A DNA stretch of 64,000 bases from positions 32,001 to 96,000 of IMG/VR virus record IMGVR_UViG_3300045684_000050; one strand, 5' to 3'. The first letter of the stretch is position 1; every line of letters starts with the position of its first letter. The position numbers were made by a program, and so were the translations under genes. Shown piece after piece: positions 55,359-64,000 of this stretch. This DNA is from a virus. The notes beneath the pieces were generated by a model. The model was not told where the DNA came from and did no database searches. It saw only the letters and a program-made list of their open reading frames with translations.

Positions 55359-56189
55359 TTATAAATAACAGGAATTTACAGACTTCATTATACTGTACAA
55401 TTCCTTACAATTATTAGTCAAAGGTAACTGTTTTTTCTGATATATACACAAAATACAGTTCTGATTTTTCTTATCCAAACCAAATGTTATACCGCAAGAT
55501 AATGACTTCTTTATGATGTCATAAGAAAGTCCGCATTCTACTAACTTTACATATATTTCAAATGAAATAGGAGTGCATTTTTTGTCTAGCTTAACAATTT
55601 CGTATTGATATTTACATTCTTTTATATTAGCTTTTACACTATATTCTACAAAACATTCTGCAATATCCTGAACTACTTCATAAACTACCATACATTCTGT
55701 TTCAGGCTTCATTGCTATCTCATAAATAAATTTACACTCATCTCGCTTTATTGAATCAATATAAACTTCTATCTTATTACATACTTGATAAAGAGCTTTT
55801 TCCCATGTTTCATAAGCGATACATCCAGGATTTTTTAATAACCACTGATCTTGTTTACTTCGGTCCACTTCTTGCTTTGACACTGCATCTTGCTTCCCGA
55901 TAAGTTTAACAATATTTTCTCTTAGCCTAGAAAAATATTCTAAGCAAATACACTTTCCATTATATAATATTTGATTCTTCATATCCACAAGGATACTTTT
56001 GAACCTTCTTAATTTACGAATATTGTCAAAATTTGCTTTTGGATATCCATAACTATAAAATGATGCAAAATCACCACTAACCCCTATTATATACGCATCC
56101 ATATCTGCCAATAAAAAATTGATGTCATCTATTGATGGTATCAAGCATTCATCTGGACAATGATCACATGTTAGCACTTTCCTACGCAC
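55359..56189 (-). CDS. Cys-rich structural protein (tail hub-like position)
   Basis: 276-aa ORF, CDHCPDEC start; synteny. Confidence 0.55.
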   Translation of the reverse strand: MRRKVLTCDHCPDECLIPSIDDINFLLADMDAYIIGVSGDFASFYSYGYPKANFDNIRKLRRFKSILVDMKNQILYNGKCICLEYFSRLRENIVKLIGKQDAVSKQEVDRSKQDQWLLKNPGCIAYETWEKALYQVCNKIEVYIDSIKRDECKFIYEIAMKPETECMVVYEVVQDIAECFVEYSVKANIKECKYQYEIVKLDKKCTPISFEIYVKLVECGLSYDIIKKSLSCGITFGLDKKNQNCILCIYQKKQLPLTNNCKELYSIMKSVNSCYL

Positions 56190-56659
56190 CCTTTTATTGT
56201 TTCCTCTATATTATTATAAATAGATTGGGCCTCATCTTTCATTTGATACCCGGCGACAGTTTCTAATACCTCAAATTTATCTTGAAGGCAAAGAAATAAA
56301 TCAGGATCATCAATATTCCTAAGAAGTAAATTATCTATGTCACATTTTAAGTTGCCAAAATACCCAACATGTGTTGTTATATTTACTCCACAGCTTTCTG
56401 TATTAACACAATAAATACCATCAAGTAATGGACATATATTTAATTGACTTGCATCAAATACTAATGATGATCCTACAGGAATAGAAATAGAAAAAGTCTC
56501 CTTTGCAGGAGACTCGACGTTTAAATCAACATATAAAACTAAACCGTCTAATTTTTGATTAATACCCCATTGAATATCAGACAGATCTGTTATCTTGAAT
56601 ACCGTATCGGTAATCTTCTCTATCTTAATATTTAATTTCTTTATACAAAAACATGACAT
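56171..56659 (-). CDS. Structural protein (tail hub-like position)
   Basis: 162-aa ORF; L.DGIY.V pattern; Cys at both ends. Confidence 0.55.
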   Translation of the reverse strand: MSCFCIKKLNIKIEKITDTVFKITDLSDIQWGINQKLDGLVLYVDLNVESPAKETFSISIPVGSSLVFDASQLNICPLLDGIYCVNTESCGVNITTHVGYFGNLKCDIDNLLLRNIDDPDLFLCLQDKFEVLETVAGYQMKDEAQSIYNNIEETIKGCVGKC

Positions 56660-56662
56660 CAG

Positions 56663-56935
56663 TTAGGCATTTCGCAATTTATAAGCAGCAATAGCTTCTT
56701 CTTTTGTGCCGAATACTAAAGCTCCATTATCATTCCAGATATAATCTTTTCCATTTCCAGAAACATCTTGTAACTTCATAGTACCTGTACAGCAATCATA
56801 TCCAAAACAACCGCAATCCCAAAGATATGCGAACACATCATTCACAGAAGTAATCCAAGAGCCATCAGCTCTCTGAATTATTCCAGTCTTAATGCTAACA
56901 TCATTGGCCAACTTAAAATTTTTATTACTTGCCAT
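56663..56935 (-). CDS. Small Cys-containing hypothetical protein
   Basis: 90 aa with a CGCFGYDCC cluster. Confidence 0.65.
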   Translation of the reverse strand: MASNKNFKLANDVSIKTGIIQRADGSWITSVNDVFAYLWDCGCFGYDCCTGTMKLQDVSGNGKDYIWNDNGALVFGTKEEAIAAYKLRNA

Positions 56936-56952
56936 TTTTAATTATAATTTGA

Positions 56953-56980
56953 AGTGAGGTAGCTTTTAGACTACCTCACT
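56953..56980. terminator. Perfect 10-bp stem hairpin after the auxiliary capsid-like gene
   Basis: AGTGAGGTAG-CTTTTAGA-CTACCTCACT; weak U-tracts on both sides. Confidence 0.6.
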
Positions 56981-56990
56981 ATATTTTTAA

Positions 56991-58568
56991 TTATGCACCA
57001 CAAGGAGTACCCAGCATATTACAATTACTTAGTGCGTCTAATTGAGCATAAATACTTTGCATAGCAGCAGCAGTAGTAGAATCCCCATTAGGAATAAGTA
57101 ATCTTGCATGAGCAACATTGGTATGATCCCACTTATTCATCGTCCATCCAGATCCAGATCGTCTGAATCTTATATTATTGGCACAATAAGTTTGCTCACA
57201 GACAACATTATTCTTAGCATCAATTATTTGATGATATTTCATTGGTGTTCCATGCATACCGTATCTATGGCCTCCATAATACCAATTACTTCCGTCACCA
57301 CCTCTATAGTTATGCCTTAATGCAGCATTTACATATTGGTATCCGGTGCCCTCTGCTCTTCCTCCTTTTGTCTTCTCTACAGCAAAGAAATTATCTTTAA
57401 CCCAATCATCACCAAGGAAAGTAATTCTTTCAATAGTCTTTCTTGTGTTAATATAGTTTTGCTCATCGCCAGGTAATCCACAGCTACATGGCAACATCAA
57501 TGTGTCAACATGAAGTCTGATAAGACATTGTGGAGTAAAAGTAGGAGCTACTTCACCACAGTTAAGACAATTCTTTTTAAGTTCGATATCAGTAAATGGA
57601 TCTTCTTCTTCAAGAACTACAGCTCCATTTATATCCACAAGATCTACAGTAGCAGCACAACTGATAATTGTTATTTTCCAGCAACAGCAATTTCCTTCTC
57701 CTGAATCAATCCACACTCTAAGTCTTTTGTCTTTTCCTTGTTCCCACAGATAATCTTCAAGATTTTTCAAAGTCTGAAGATCAGTCAGATCATCCATGTT
57801 ATTGAATGGAGTAAGATCAATAACTAATTCAGTCTCTGTTGTTGCATCCAAAGTAAGACTTTCTAGACCAGTCAGAGCAGCACATGTATCACATCCATTA
57901 TCAACCGGTGCTAAACATGCATGATATACTTTTGTTCCTGCAGGTATAACAGCAGCAGAAATAGGCATATATAATGTTTCTGTATTATCAAGGTTCCCAA
58001 TACCCGGCACATATATTTTCCCAGATTTCTCATTGATGTCCTGCTCTATTTTGCATGCCATTTCAAAACAATCTGTAGTTGGTAAACATTCGTCACATCC
58101 TACATTTAATCCGGTAGAACCTTTGAAATAATATTCAATTTCTCCTTCACCACCATAAAGAACTTTGGTATATGCATCTCTGTAGTGAACAGCAAAAGCA
58201 TAACTGGCATTTGGTTGAGGACAACCGAATGCTATATCCCAAACTGGTCCAGCCCCACATGAAGGCTCAGTAAAATCAATGTCTACTTCATCTTTGCAAA
58301 GATCAAACTCAGCACCTCCAATAGTGACAAGCCTATCTGCTAAAGATCCAGGAGATCCATTTCCTACGCCTACAGAAATCTTAAATTTCTTTTTTGTAGG
58401 AATATCAGCCGGTGCAAATGATTCATTAAGGATTGGGTCCCAAAGAACGGGTTGTCCTACTCGTGGCCCCCATGTCTTAGACTTCAATCTGACAGGTTGA
58501 CCGGCTGGATATAATGCCTGGTCCCCACCTGTTGCTATTACTTGATTATAGGTTGTTAACGACAACAT
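56991..58568 (-). CDS. Auxiliary capsid/cement-like structural protein, Cys-rich
   Basis: 525 aa three genes downstream of the MCP; EGTGYQ...Y pattern; synteny with crAss-like structural genes. Confidence 0.55.
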   Translation of the reverse strand: MLSLTTYNQVIATGGDQALYPAGQPVRLKSKTWGPRVGQPVLWDPILNESFAPADIPTKKKFKISVGVGNGSPGSLADRLVTIGGAEFDLCKDEVDIDFTEPSCGAGPVWDIAFGCPQPNASYAFAVHYRDAYTKVLYGGEGEIEYYFKGSTGLNVGCDECLPTTDCFEMACKIEQDINEKSGKIYVPGIGNLDNTETLYMPISAAVIPAGTKVYHACLAPVDNGCDTCAALTGLESLTLDATTETELVIDLTPFNNMDDLTDLQTLKNLEDYLWEQGKDKRLRVWIDSGEGNCCCWKITIISCAATVDLVDINGAVVLEEEDPFTDIELKKNCLNCGEVAPTFTPQCLIRLHVDTLMLPCSCGLPGDEQNYINTRKTIERITFLGDDWVKDNFFAVEKTKGGRAEGTGYQYVNAALRHNYRGGDGSNWYYGGHRYGMHGTPMKYHQIIDAKNNVVCEQTYCANNIRFRRSGSGWTMNKWDHTNVAHARLLIPNGDSTTAAAMQSIYAQLDALSNCNMLGTPCGA

Positions 58569-59265
58569 CTGTTAGTATTTTATTTAAACTAAAAATTTTA
58601 TTTATCTCTAAGTTAAAGTCAGATACATCATCTCTTGCTTTAAGAACTGCTCCCTGAATGATTGGCGTTTCAGCACCGGTACCAAGTATAAGGTCTCTAT
58701 CAAAAGTAATCTTACTGCCATCGGCATATACATAAGAATTACTTTCCGTTAATGATGCAGCATGAATCTCAGGAATATTCTCAACATAATTGGCTTCTGC
58801 TTTCACAATAAAGTAATCTCCATTATGATAAATCCTTATCCCTTCACTATCTATATCGTCAAATGCTTGTCTAAACTTAAAGCTTCCTATCCATGTATCT
58901 GATACAGATGCTGAAAAGGTAGATTTATGTTTTAGAGGAGAACTTGGAAACCTATCGATACAATCATCTTTTTTAGCTGTAATAAGCAAACCTCCTAAGA
59001 TGTTCATATTTTTAGGAACCTCAAATAGATCATGATCTTTATTCCTTTTGATTCTATCTAACTTTACTAAACTTTTTTTCAAGGGCCGGAACCATCTTTC
59101 TAATAACTGATTCGTCTCATAATATGGACCTAACCTGGAATTAAACTGACTTATCGACCAATTAAGTATAGCCACCTTTCGGCTAACTTTTAAATCTTTG
59201 TATTTTTTATCATTTACATGATGCAATGCATCTGTAAACTTATAAATCAACTCTACAGCTTTCAC
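58546..59265 (-). CDS. crAss-like ring/neck structural protein
   Basis: M...EL.YKF...L..V......DL....K..ILN pattern; synteny. Confidence 0.55.
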   Translation of the reverse strand: MKAVELIYKFTDALHHVNDKKYKDLKVSRKVAILNWSISQFNSRLGPYYETNQLLERWFRPLKKSLVKLDRIKRNKDHDLFEVPKNMNILGGLLITAKKDDCIDRFPSSPLKHKSTFSASVSDTWIGSFKFRQAFDDIDSEGIRIYHNGDYFIVKAEANYVENIPEIHAASLTESNSYVYADGSKITFDRDLILGTGAETPIIQGAVLKARDDVSDFNLEINKIFSLNKILTDVVVNNL

Positions 59266-60185
59266 TTCTTAGCATTCAAGACCTCAGTAGCTTTTACATC
59301 TATTTCGGTCAATAACTCTAAATATTCTTCTCTATTTAAGGTAAGCTCTATCTCTTTATATGACTTACCTAGAGCATGATTCTTAAAGTAATAAACACCT
59401 TTTTCTTTATGGAATACCATAGCTTTCCTAGCTCTTAATATAATACTAAGTACTGATGTCTGCTTGATATCTACATTTCTCATTCTGTCCATAAAGTCCA
59501 TGGCTGTTTCTCCAGTAAATGTTGATTTACCAGGATTGTTTCCAAGCACTTTAATGATAATCTTGTCTAACTGCTTATCACTTGCATTTGTTGGATACTT
59601 TTCGAACATAGCATCAAGAACAAACTTTTTTCTATCTGCATCCATGTTCATCAGATATCTAGTGATATCATAAATAGTATCTAACTCATTATCTCTGAAC
59701 ACTTCTTCGCCCACATCTTCTTTTGGTATCACCTTGAACATTACATTTTTTAATGTAGGTGGCCTCTTTTGATGTGTAGGGAAGTAAAATCTTTCATCAG
59801 AATAAGCTACACTAAGCCAAAAAGCATCAATAGGATTATTAGTGTCAAAATCAACACCTCTAAACTTAACAGGGAATCTCAGCTCATTTTTACAAAAAAA
59901 TGGATCAGTAGCTATTTCTGGATTTGCATTATTTATTGGCATTCCTTCTCTATCAAAAAATCCAAATGTAGGAACAACAGAGCTAAGGTTTACATTAAAC
60001 TTCTCAAGATCTACACCAAAAGATCCTTTTCTAGTATTATATATAGGCTTAAGACCAAGTTCAGCATCAGGGACATATGGTTTATCATAAGTCCCTGCTG
60101 TAACTTCTCTTCCATTCACATCTTTTTTTACCGGGACAGAACCGAAATAATCACTTTTTCCTATATATTTTGCCGTGTACTTCAT
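59262..60185 (-). CDS. Conserved crAss-like protein downstream of the MCP
   Basis: 307-aa ORF; D..NP.DA..L pattern; synteny. Confidence 0.55.
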   Translation of the reverse strand: MKYTAKYIGKSDYFGSVPVKKDVNGREVTAGTYDKPYVPDAELGLKPIYNTRKGSFGVDLEKFNVNLSSVVPTFGFFDREGMPINNANPEIATDPFFCKNELRFPVKFRGVDFDTNNPIDAFWLSVAYSDERFYFPTHQKRPPTLKNVMFKVIPKEDVGEEVFRDNELDTIYDITRYLMNMDADRKKFVLDAMFEKYPTNASDKQLDKIIIKVLGNNPGKSTFTGETAMDFMDRMRNVDIKQTSVLSIILRARKAMVFHKEKGVYYFKNHALGKSYKEIELTLNREEYLELLTEIDVKATEVLNAKK

Positions 60186-60223
60186 AAAATTTTATAGTTT
60201 ATAACATATTAAAAATCACCAAA

Positions 60224-61792
60224 TTAGTACTGATCAGGATAGAAAATTCCAATATTATCAAAGTTAGGAATAAAAATACCCTTCATTTGCTCATTGATAA
60301 CCTTATAGGTATTACCTATATCTCCTCCTGAATTATATCGACCAGCTCCTACTTTACCAATCGGACCATTAGGAGTCCAGGAACCTACCAAGTAAGTCCT
60401 TTGTTCCATCATCTGATTAGTATAAAAGTAAACTGAGCTATTTCTTTCTGTTCCATCCATATTGTTGATGTTACCATACATCACCATAATCCACCAAGCA
60501 GATGTTGGGAATCCTCTAAGCTGTTTATTTCCAGAGAGAATACCTGAATTCAACATAGAACTTATATGAAACTTAACTTTACCTACCGGATCCAGGTATA
60601 TAGACCTATACTGTTTTTTGTTTATAGCTACACCTTTCCTCCTTGAATCAAATCCATCTTCATCACTATATTCATAGTGAGCTTCTACAACACCGCTTTG
60701 ATCCAGCCTTCGCAGTTCTGGAGCTATAAGATGTCGAAATCCAGGAGTACCTGTAATCACATCAATAGTAGTATTTTTATTTGCTTCGAATCCGGACACA
60801 TCTAGCTTCCTTGTAATCATATCAAGGATCCATTCAAGATTAAAATCATTTACAGAATAATGCTCACCACCACTTCCTCTAAAGAAATCCATAAGTGTAG
60901 GTCCCATTTGATAAGGATTGTGAGTCATTTGAGACATATGGCTGTTATGTCCTCTGGCAGGGGCAGAACCGGCAACAATATAGTTATCCATTTGCCTGTC
61001 AGCCTCAAAATTAAAATTCATCTCAATGTCAGACCAAGCAATTTGATTAGGCATTCCAGGAGGACAGGCACCTTCTGCAGAACTAACAAAGTAGTTACCT
61101 GCTTGCCATGCTTTATCAGAAACATTCATTTCCCAACCCATTCTTGTCATATCGAATTTGTAGACAGCAAATGCTTTACCGGCTGACATTTCAATAGTAC
61201 CTCTGCTGTAAGCTGCTTCTTCAAGAGGAGCACCATTAGGGATCAGCTCTGCCGCATCAAGATATGATACTGGAATAAAATCATCAACTGTTCCATTGAA
61301 CAGCTTCCATGAATATTTATATCCATCTACTCCATCAGGCATAGCTTCTGAAGTAGGCATAATTATGATCTCAGGATAATCCCTAAGAGCATATATGTTT
61401 TTTCTGGAAAGATTTCCAGAGTCTACTGTCATTTCCCACTCTGATCTATTGATACCAACTTCTTCAACAACATCATCAACATGTACTTTAATTACTTCTA
61501 AAAAGAATTCCTGTTCCGGAAGTTCAATTTCAAATTCAATGAAATCTTTTGTCGTGGTATCATTCACCATTCTTTTCTTAAAGACTTCCATTATATCAGC
61601 ACCTTCACCTATAAAGAAATTTTTTCTTCTTCCTAGTTGATTGGCAACAATTTTTAACCGTTCAGAATCTATCAAATTAGGATAAATTTCGTACAAGGCT
61701 TTAGCATCAATTAAAGACCCGATTCCATGTTTCCCAACATTTATTTCTTTAGTCTTATACGACGCCAGTGAATTATTAGATCGTAAATTCAT
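60224..61792 (-). CDS. Major capsid protein (crAss-like)
   Basis: 522 aa; GPTL.DF..G, DVITGTPGF, G.VKF.....L pattern; follows portal and scaffold-like gene. Confidence 0.7.
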   Translation of the reverse strand: MNLRSNNSLASYKTKEINVGKHGIGSLIDAKALYEIYPNLIDSERLKIVANQLGRRKNFFIGEGADIMEVFKKRMVNDTTTKDFIEFEIELPEQEFFLEVIKVHVDDVVEEVGINRSEWEMTVDSGNLSRKNIYALRDYPEIIIMPTSEAMPDGVDGYKYSWKLFNGTVDDFIPVSYLDAAELIPNGAPLEEAAYSRGTIEMSAGKAFAVYKFDMTRMGWEMNVSDKAWQAGNYFVSSAEGACPPGMPNQIAWSDIEMNFNFEADRQMDNYIVAGSAPARGHNSHMSQMTHNPYQMGPTLMDFFRGSGGEHYSVNDFNLEWILDMITRKLDVSGFEANKNTTIDVITGTPGFRHLIAPELRRLDQSGVVEAHYEYSDEDGFDSRRKGVAINKKQYRSIYLDPVGKVKFHISSMLNSGILSGNKQLRGFPTSAWWIMVMYGNINNMDGTERNSSVYFYTNQMMEQRTYLVGSWTPNGPIGKVGAGRYNSGGDIGNTYKVINEQMKGIFIPNFDNIGIFYPDQY

Positions 61793-61822
61793 TTTTATGT
61801 TTTTAAATTAAAAGCTTTTTAT

Positions 61823-63019
61823 TTAAAATTCTATCTTAAATTCTGCATCAGGCTTTTCACCAACTTTATTTTCTACAGTTGTAGCTTCAAAATTGGATAA
61901 AGGTTTTAAATCTTTATTCAGTTTATTAATGAACGATCCTCTTCTTTTATTTAATTGCCTTTCTGTCTCTGTCTCTTTTTTGATAATATCTTCACCAAAA
62001 TAAAAACTCATAGCTTGTTTAAGCTCATCTTCTACACTCCTTTCCATCAGTTTCTTTTGATATTTAGAAACTTTTTGAGTACGTCCATCCGGAAATGTTA
62101 CTGTCTCTGTCTTCTTAGTCATAGCTTCTCTAAACTCCAGGACTTTATCATATGGATATTTATTTCCTCCGACAATACCAGTTCTCAATAAGCTTTCAAC
62201 TTGACTTCTACGTTCTTGGTTAAACTTAATTGCCTTTTTTTTGCGTTCTTCGATTGTTGTTTCAACATTCGTAACAACACCTGTAGCATATAGATCAACC
62301 CACTCTTTTCTCTCTTTAATTAGATCCTCGACGTCTTCAGACTTTAAATCATTTTCAATGGCTCTTTTAGCATCTCTATCAGGCATTTTATTTAACTTAT
62401 AATACACCTGGAATAAATCTGTAGTGTCTTGAGTCGTTTCTTTTGTGAATTCAAAATCAGTAAATCTTTTTAATGCCAGAGCTTCAGTATATGACTTCCT
62501 GTCTATTCCATATTCTATTCCGGTAGCCAGATAGGCATTTTGCTCTGTAAGTCCAAGATCTGCAATAACTTCTTCTTTCAATTGATTCCTCAAGTCACCA
62601 TCTTCAGACAATCGCTTGTCAATAATCTTTTGCTCAAGTGATTGGTAAAAAGTATTAAGATCAGTAATTTCCTCCTTTTCAAATTTATGACCTGAAATTA
62701 TCGATAAATCTTCTGCAATAGCAGAAAGAACAACTTCCTCAGTAAAACCTTCATCAGGTGTTTTAACATCTGTTTCTTGATTTTCTTCAATAGAAGCATC
62801 AACTTGTTGAGAATCAACCTGATCTTCAGTAGTTTTTACTTTAGGATCTGGTGGCGTCTCAATTTCTTGATTATCAGTAGTTTCGGGTAGTTTATTTTCC
62901 TGTGTCGATTCTTTAATACGTCCAGGTTCAACACTAGGTATGGAGGTTTTTTCTTCACTAACAGGAATTGTTAAATCGAATAATTCTCCTGGACTGCCAA
63001 ATTTACTTGTAGCAAACAT
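61823..63019 (-). CDS. Acidic scaffold-like protein
   Basis: Glu/Asp-rich disordered N-terminus, helical C-terminus; between portal and MCP. Confidence 0.6.
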   Translation of the reverse strand: MFATSKFGSPGELFDLTIPVSEEKTSIPSVEPGRIKESTQENKLPETTDNQEIETPPDPKVKTTEDQVDSQQVDASIEENQETDVKTPDEGFTEEVVLSAIAEDLSIISGHKFEKEEITDLNTFYQSLEQKIIDKRLSEDGDLRNQLKEEVIADLGLTEQNAYLATGIEYGIDRKSYTEALALKRFTDFEFTKETTQDTTDLFQVYYKLNKMPDRDAKRAIENDLKSEDVEDLIKERKEWVDLYATGVVTNVETTIEERKKKAIKFNQERRSQVESLLRTGIVGGNKYPYDKVLEFREAMTKKTETVTFPDGRTQKVSKYQKKLMERSVEDELKQAMSFYFGEDIIKKETETERQLNKRRGSFINKLNKDLKPLSNFEATTVENKVGEKPDAEFKIEF

Positions 63020-63038
63020 AAAGCTTTTTTTTAATTAT

Positions 63039-63048
63039 TGCAAAATTA
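63039..63048 (-). promoter_or_regulatory. -7 element TAATTTTGCA upstream of the scaffold/capsid genes
   Basis: Extended TAnnTTTGCA in the 48-nt gap. Confidence 0.5.
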
Positions 63049-63067
63049 GTTTCATTTTTTGATTCTA

Positions 63068-64000
63068 TTATCCCTTTGATTTTTGCTCTTTGATGTCTAA
63101 TTCTCTTTCTTTTAACTTCATTTCATCCTCGTGAATTTTCTCTTTTAGCTTCCTATCATCGGCATGTCTTTCTATATGATCAGCTACTCCATCTTCATTA
63201 ATATCATTTGCATTTGCTAATGTCAAGCTATGAAGGAGTGCACTTTCTTTTCTGACTTCAACTTCTTTATCTTTTCTATCGTTTTGTCCTTTTTCTTTTA
63301 TAAGAATTTCTTCGCGTCTTGATTGCTCTGCAGCCTGTTGTAATGCCTCAGCCCTGGCCAATTGTTGCTCCTGTCGCTTTTGGACCTGCATCTCAGATCT
63401 TTTTGCAACAGTTATAGCTTCATCCATGGTCTCTGCATTTATAGACTCAGCTAAATCAACAAGGTTCCCATTTGTGGCCGCATAATTTAATAAATACTGT
63501 TTGTATAAAGATAGATTTTGCGTATCCTTAAATCCATCCTTACATTCATAATATATTGGAGATCCTATTATTTCATCAAAATTTAATTCATAATGAGCTA
63601 GTTCATCATCAGAAAGATACGATTCTTTTACTTCATAATTATCTTGATAAGCAAAAAATGCAGATTTCATTAAGCCATTATATAAATCCTCTCTAAGTTG
63701 AGATCTCATACTTATAATCCGGTACTGTTGCCTTTCTACATTATTTATCTGGTTATTAAGATTTGCAGTATTAGTGTATTGGCCAGGACTATCAACTTTT
63801 GCTTTATTAGTACCCATGCTTCCTTGCATCTTAGATTCTATATATTCAAGAACCTGTATCATCTCCATTTTACTACGTCTATCTCCTAGCTCTAATGCTC
63901 TGACTCCACCATCACTTCCAGGATCTTTACCTAATGATGATTTTCTTCCAATAAGAACTTTAAACTTATGAAGTGTAGATAGTGTCTCAAATGGATTTAC
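63068..64000 (-). CDS. Portal protein, C-terminal part (open to window edge)
   Basis: The frame of the 266-aa ORF stays open to 64000 (VNPFETLSTLHKFKVLIGRK...); long helical Q/E/K-rich tail with DINEDGVAD; position upstream of scaffold and MCP. Confidence 0.7.
   Translation of the reverse strand, partial: VNPFETLSTLHKFKVLIGRKSSLGKDPGSDGGVRALELGDRRSKMEMIQVLEYIESKMQGSMGTNKAKVDSPGQYTNTANLNNQINNVERQQYRIISMRSQLREDLYNGLMKSAFFAYQDNYEVKESYLSDDELAHYELNFDEIIGSPIYYECKDGFKDTQNLSLYKQYLLNYAATNGNLVDLAESINAETMDEAITVAKRSEMQVQKRQEQQLARAEALQQAAEQSRREEILIKEKGQNDRKDKEVEVRKESALLHSLTLANANDINEDGVADHIERHADDRKLKEKIHEDEMKLKERELDIKEQKSKG

Larger units (their letters stand above)
1..64000 (-). mobile_element. Tailed bacteriophage genome segment, crAss-like/Crassvirales-related, probable Bacteroidota host
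   Basis: Dense co-oriented genes with portal-scaffold-capsid-ring-IHF-ring-cargo synteny recalled from crAss-like phages, a phage replication module, TAnnTTTG promoters, no Shine-Dalgarno-type leaders, and no host housekeeping genes. Confidence 0.85.

Noticed and set aside
63068-63868. 266-aa stand-alone gene as listed in the ORF track
   Set aside because: The frame continues without a stop to the window edge, so it is the 3' part of a longer portal gene
1-64000. Stop-codon reassignment (TAG/TGA), seen in some crAss-like phages
   Set aside because: Genes up to 12.9 kb are open under the standard code, packing is tight, and TAG and TGA end genes at sensible boundaries (26594, 1321)
1-64000. 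tRNA genes, introns, inteins, homing endonucleases, reverse transcriptase/DGR, integrase
   Set aside because: No recognisable motifs or gaps large enough; not checked computationally

Overview
All 64 kb read as an AT-rich tailed-phage genome segment with every credible gene on the minus strand and the standard genetic code. In transcription order (right to left) it holds: portal C-terminus (runs off the right edge), scaffold-like protein, major capsid protein, ring/auxiliary capsid-like genes, a ~17 kb block of very Cys-rich giant fibre-like proteins, a tail-fibre/beta-helix paralog cluster, a lysis cassette, ring-IHF-ring tail genes, cargo/ejection proteins including a 4289-aa polyvalent protein, and a replication module (SSB-like, Gp157-like, DnaG-like primase, divergent family A polymerase, SF2 helicase). 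Gene order and motifs resemble crAss-like (Crassvirales-related) phages of Bacteroidota/Flavobacteria; this is recognition from memory, not a database search. Most notable: (1) a cysteine-rich virion appendage system (17 tandem 45-aa six-Cys modules, EGF-like and SprB-like repeats); (2) a candidate ~65-nt plus-strand sRNA with a full Bacteroidota promoter and terminator and a 15/17 match to the leader of the largest Cys-rich-block gene; (3) no recognisable virion RNA polymerase motif and no muzzle gene at their usual crAss-like positions; (4) a 'MSHKI' beta-helix paralog family including an unannotated 55-aa ends-only mini gene; (5) a PolA with a degenerate exonuclease domain and an altered motif B.
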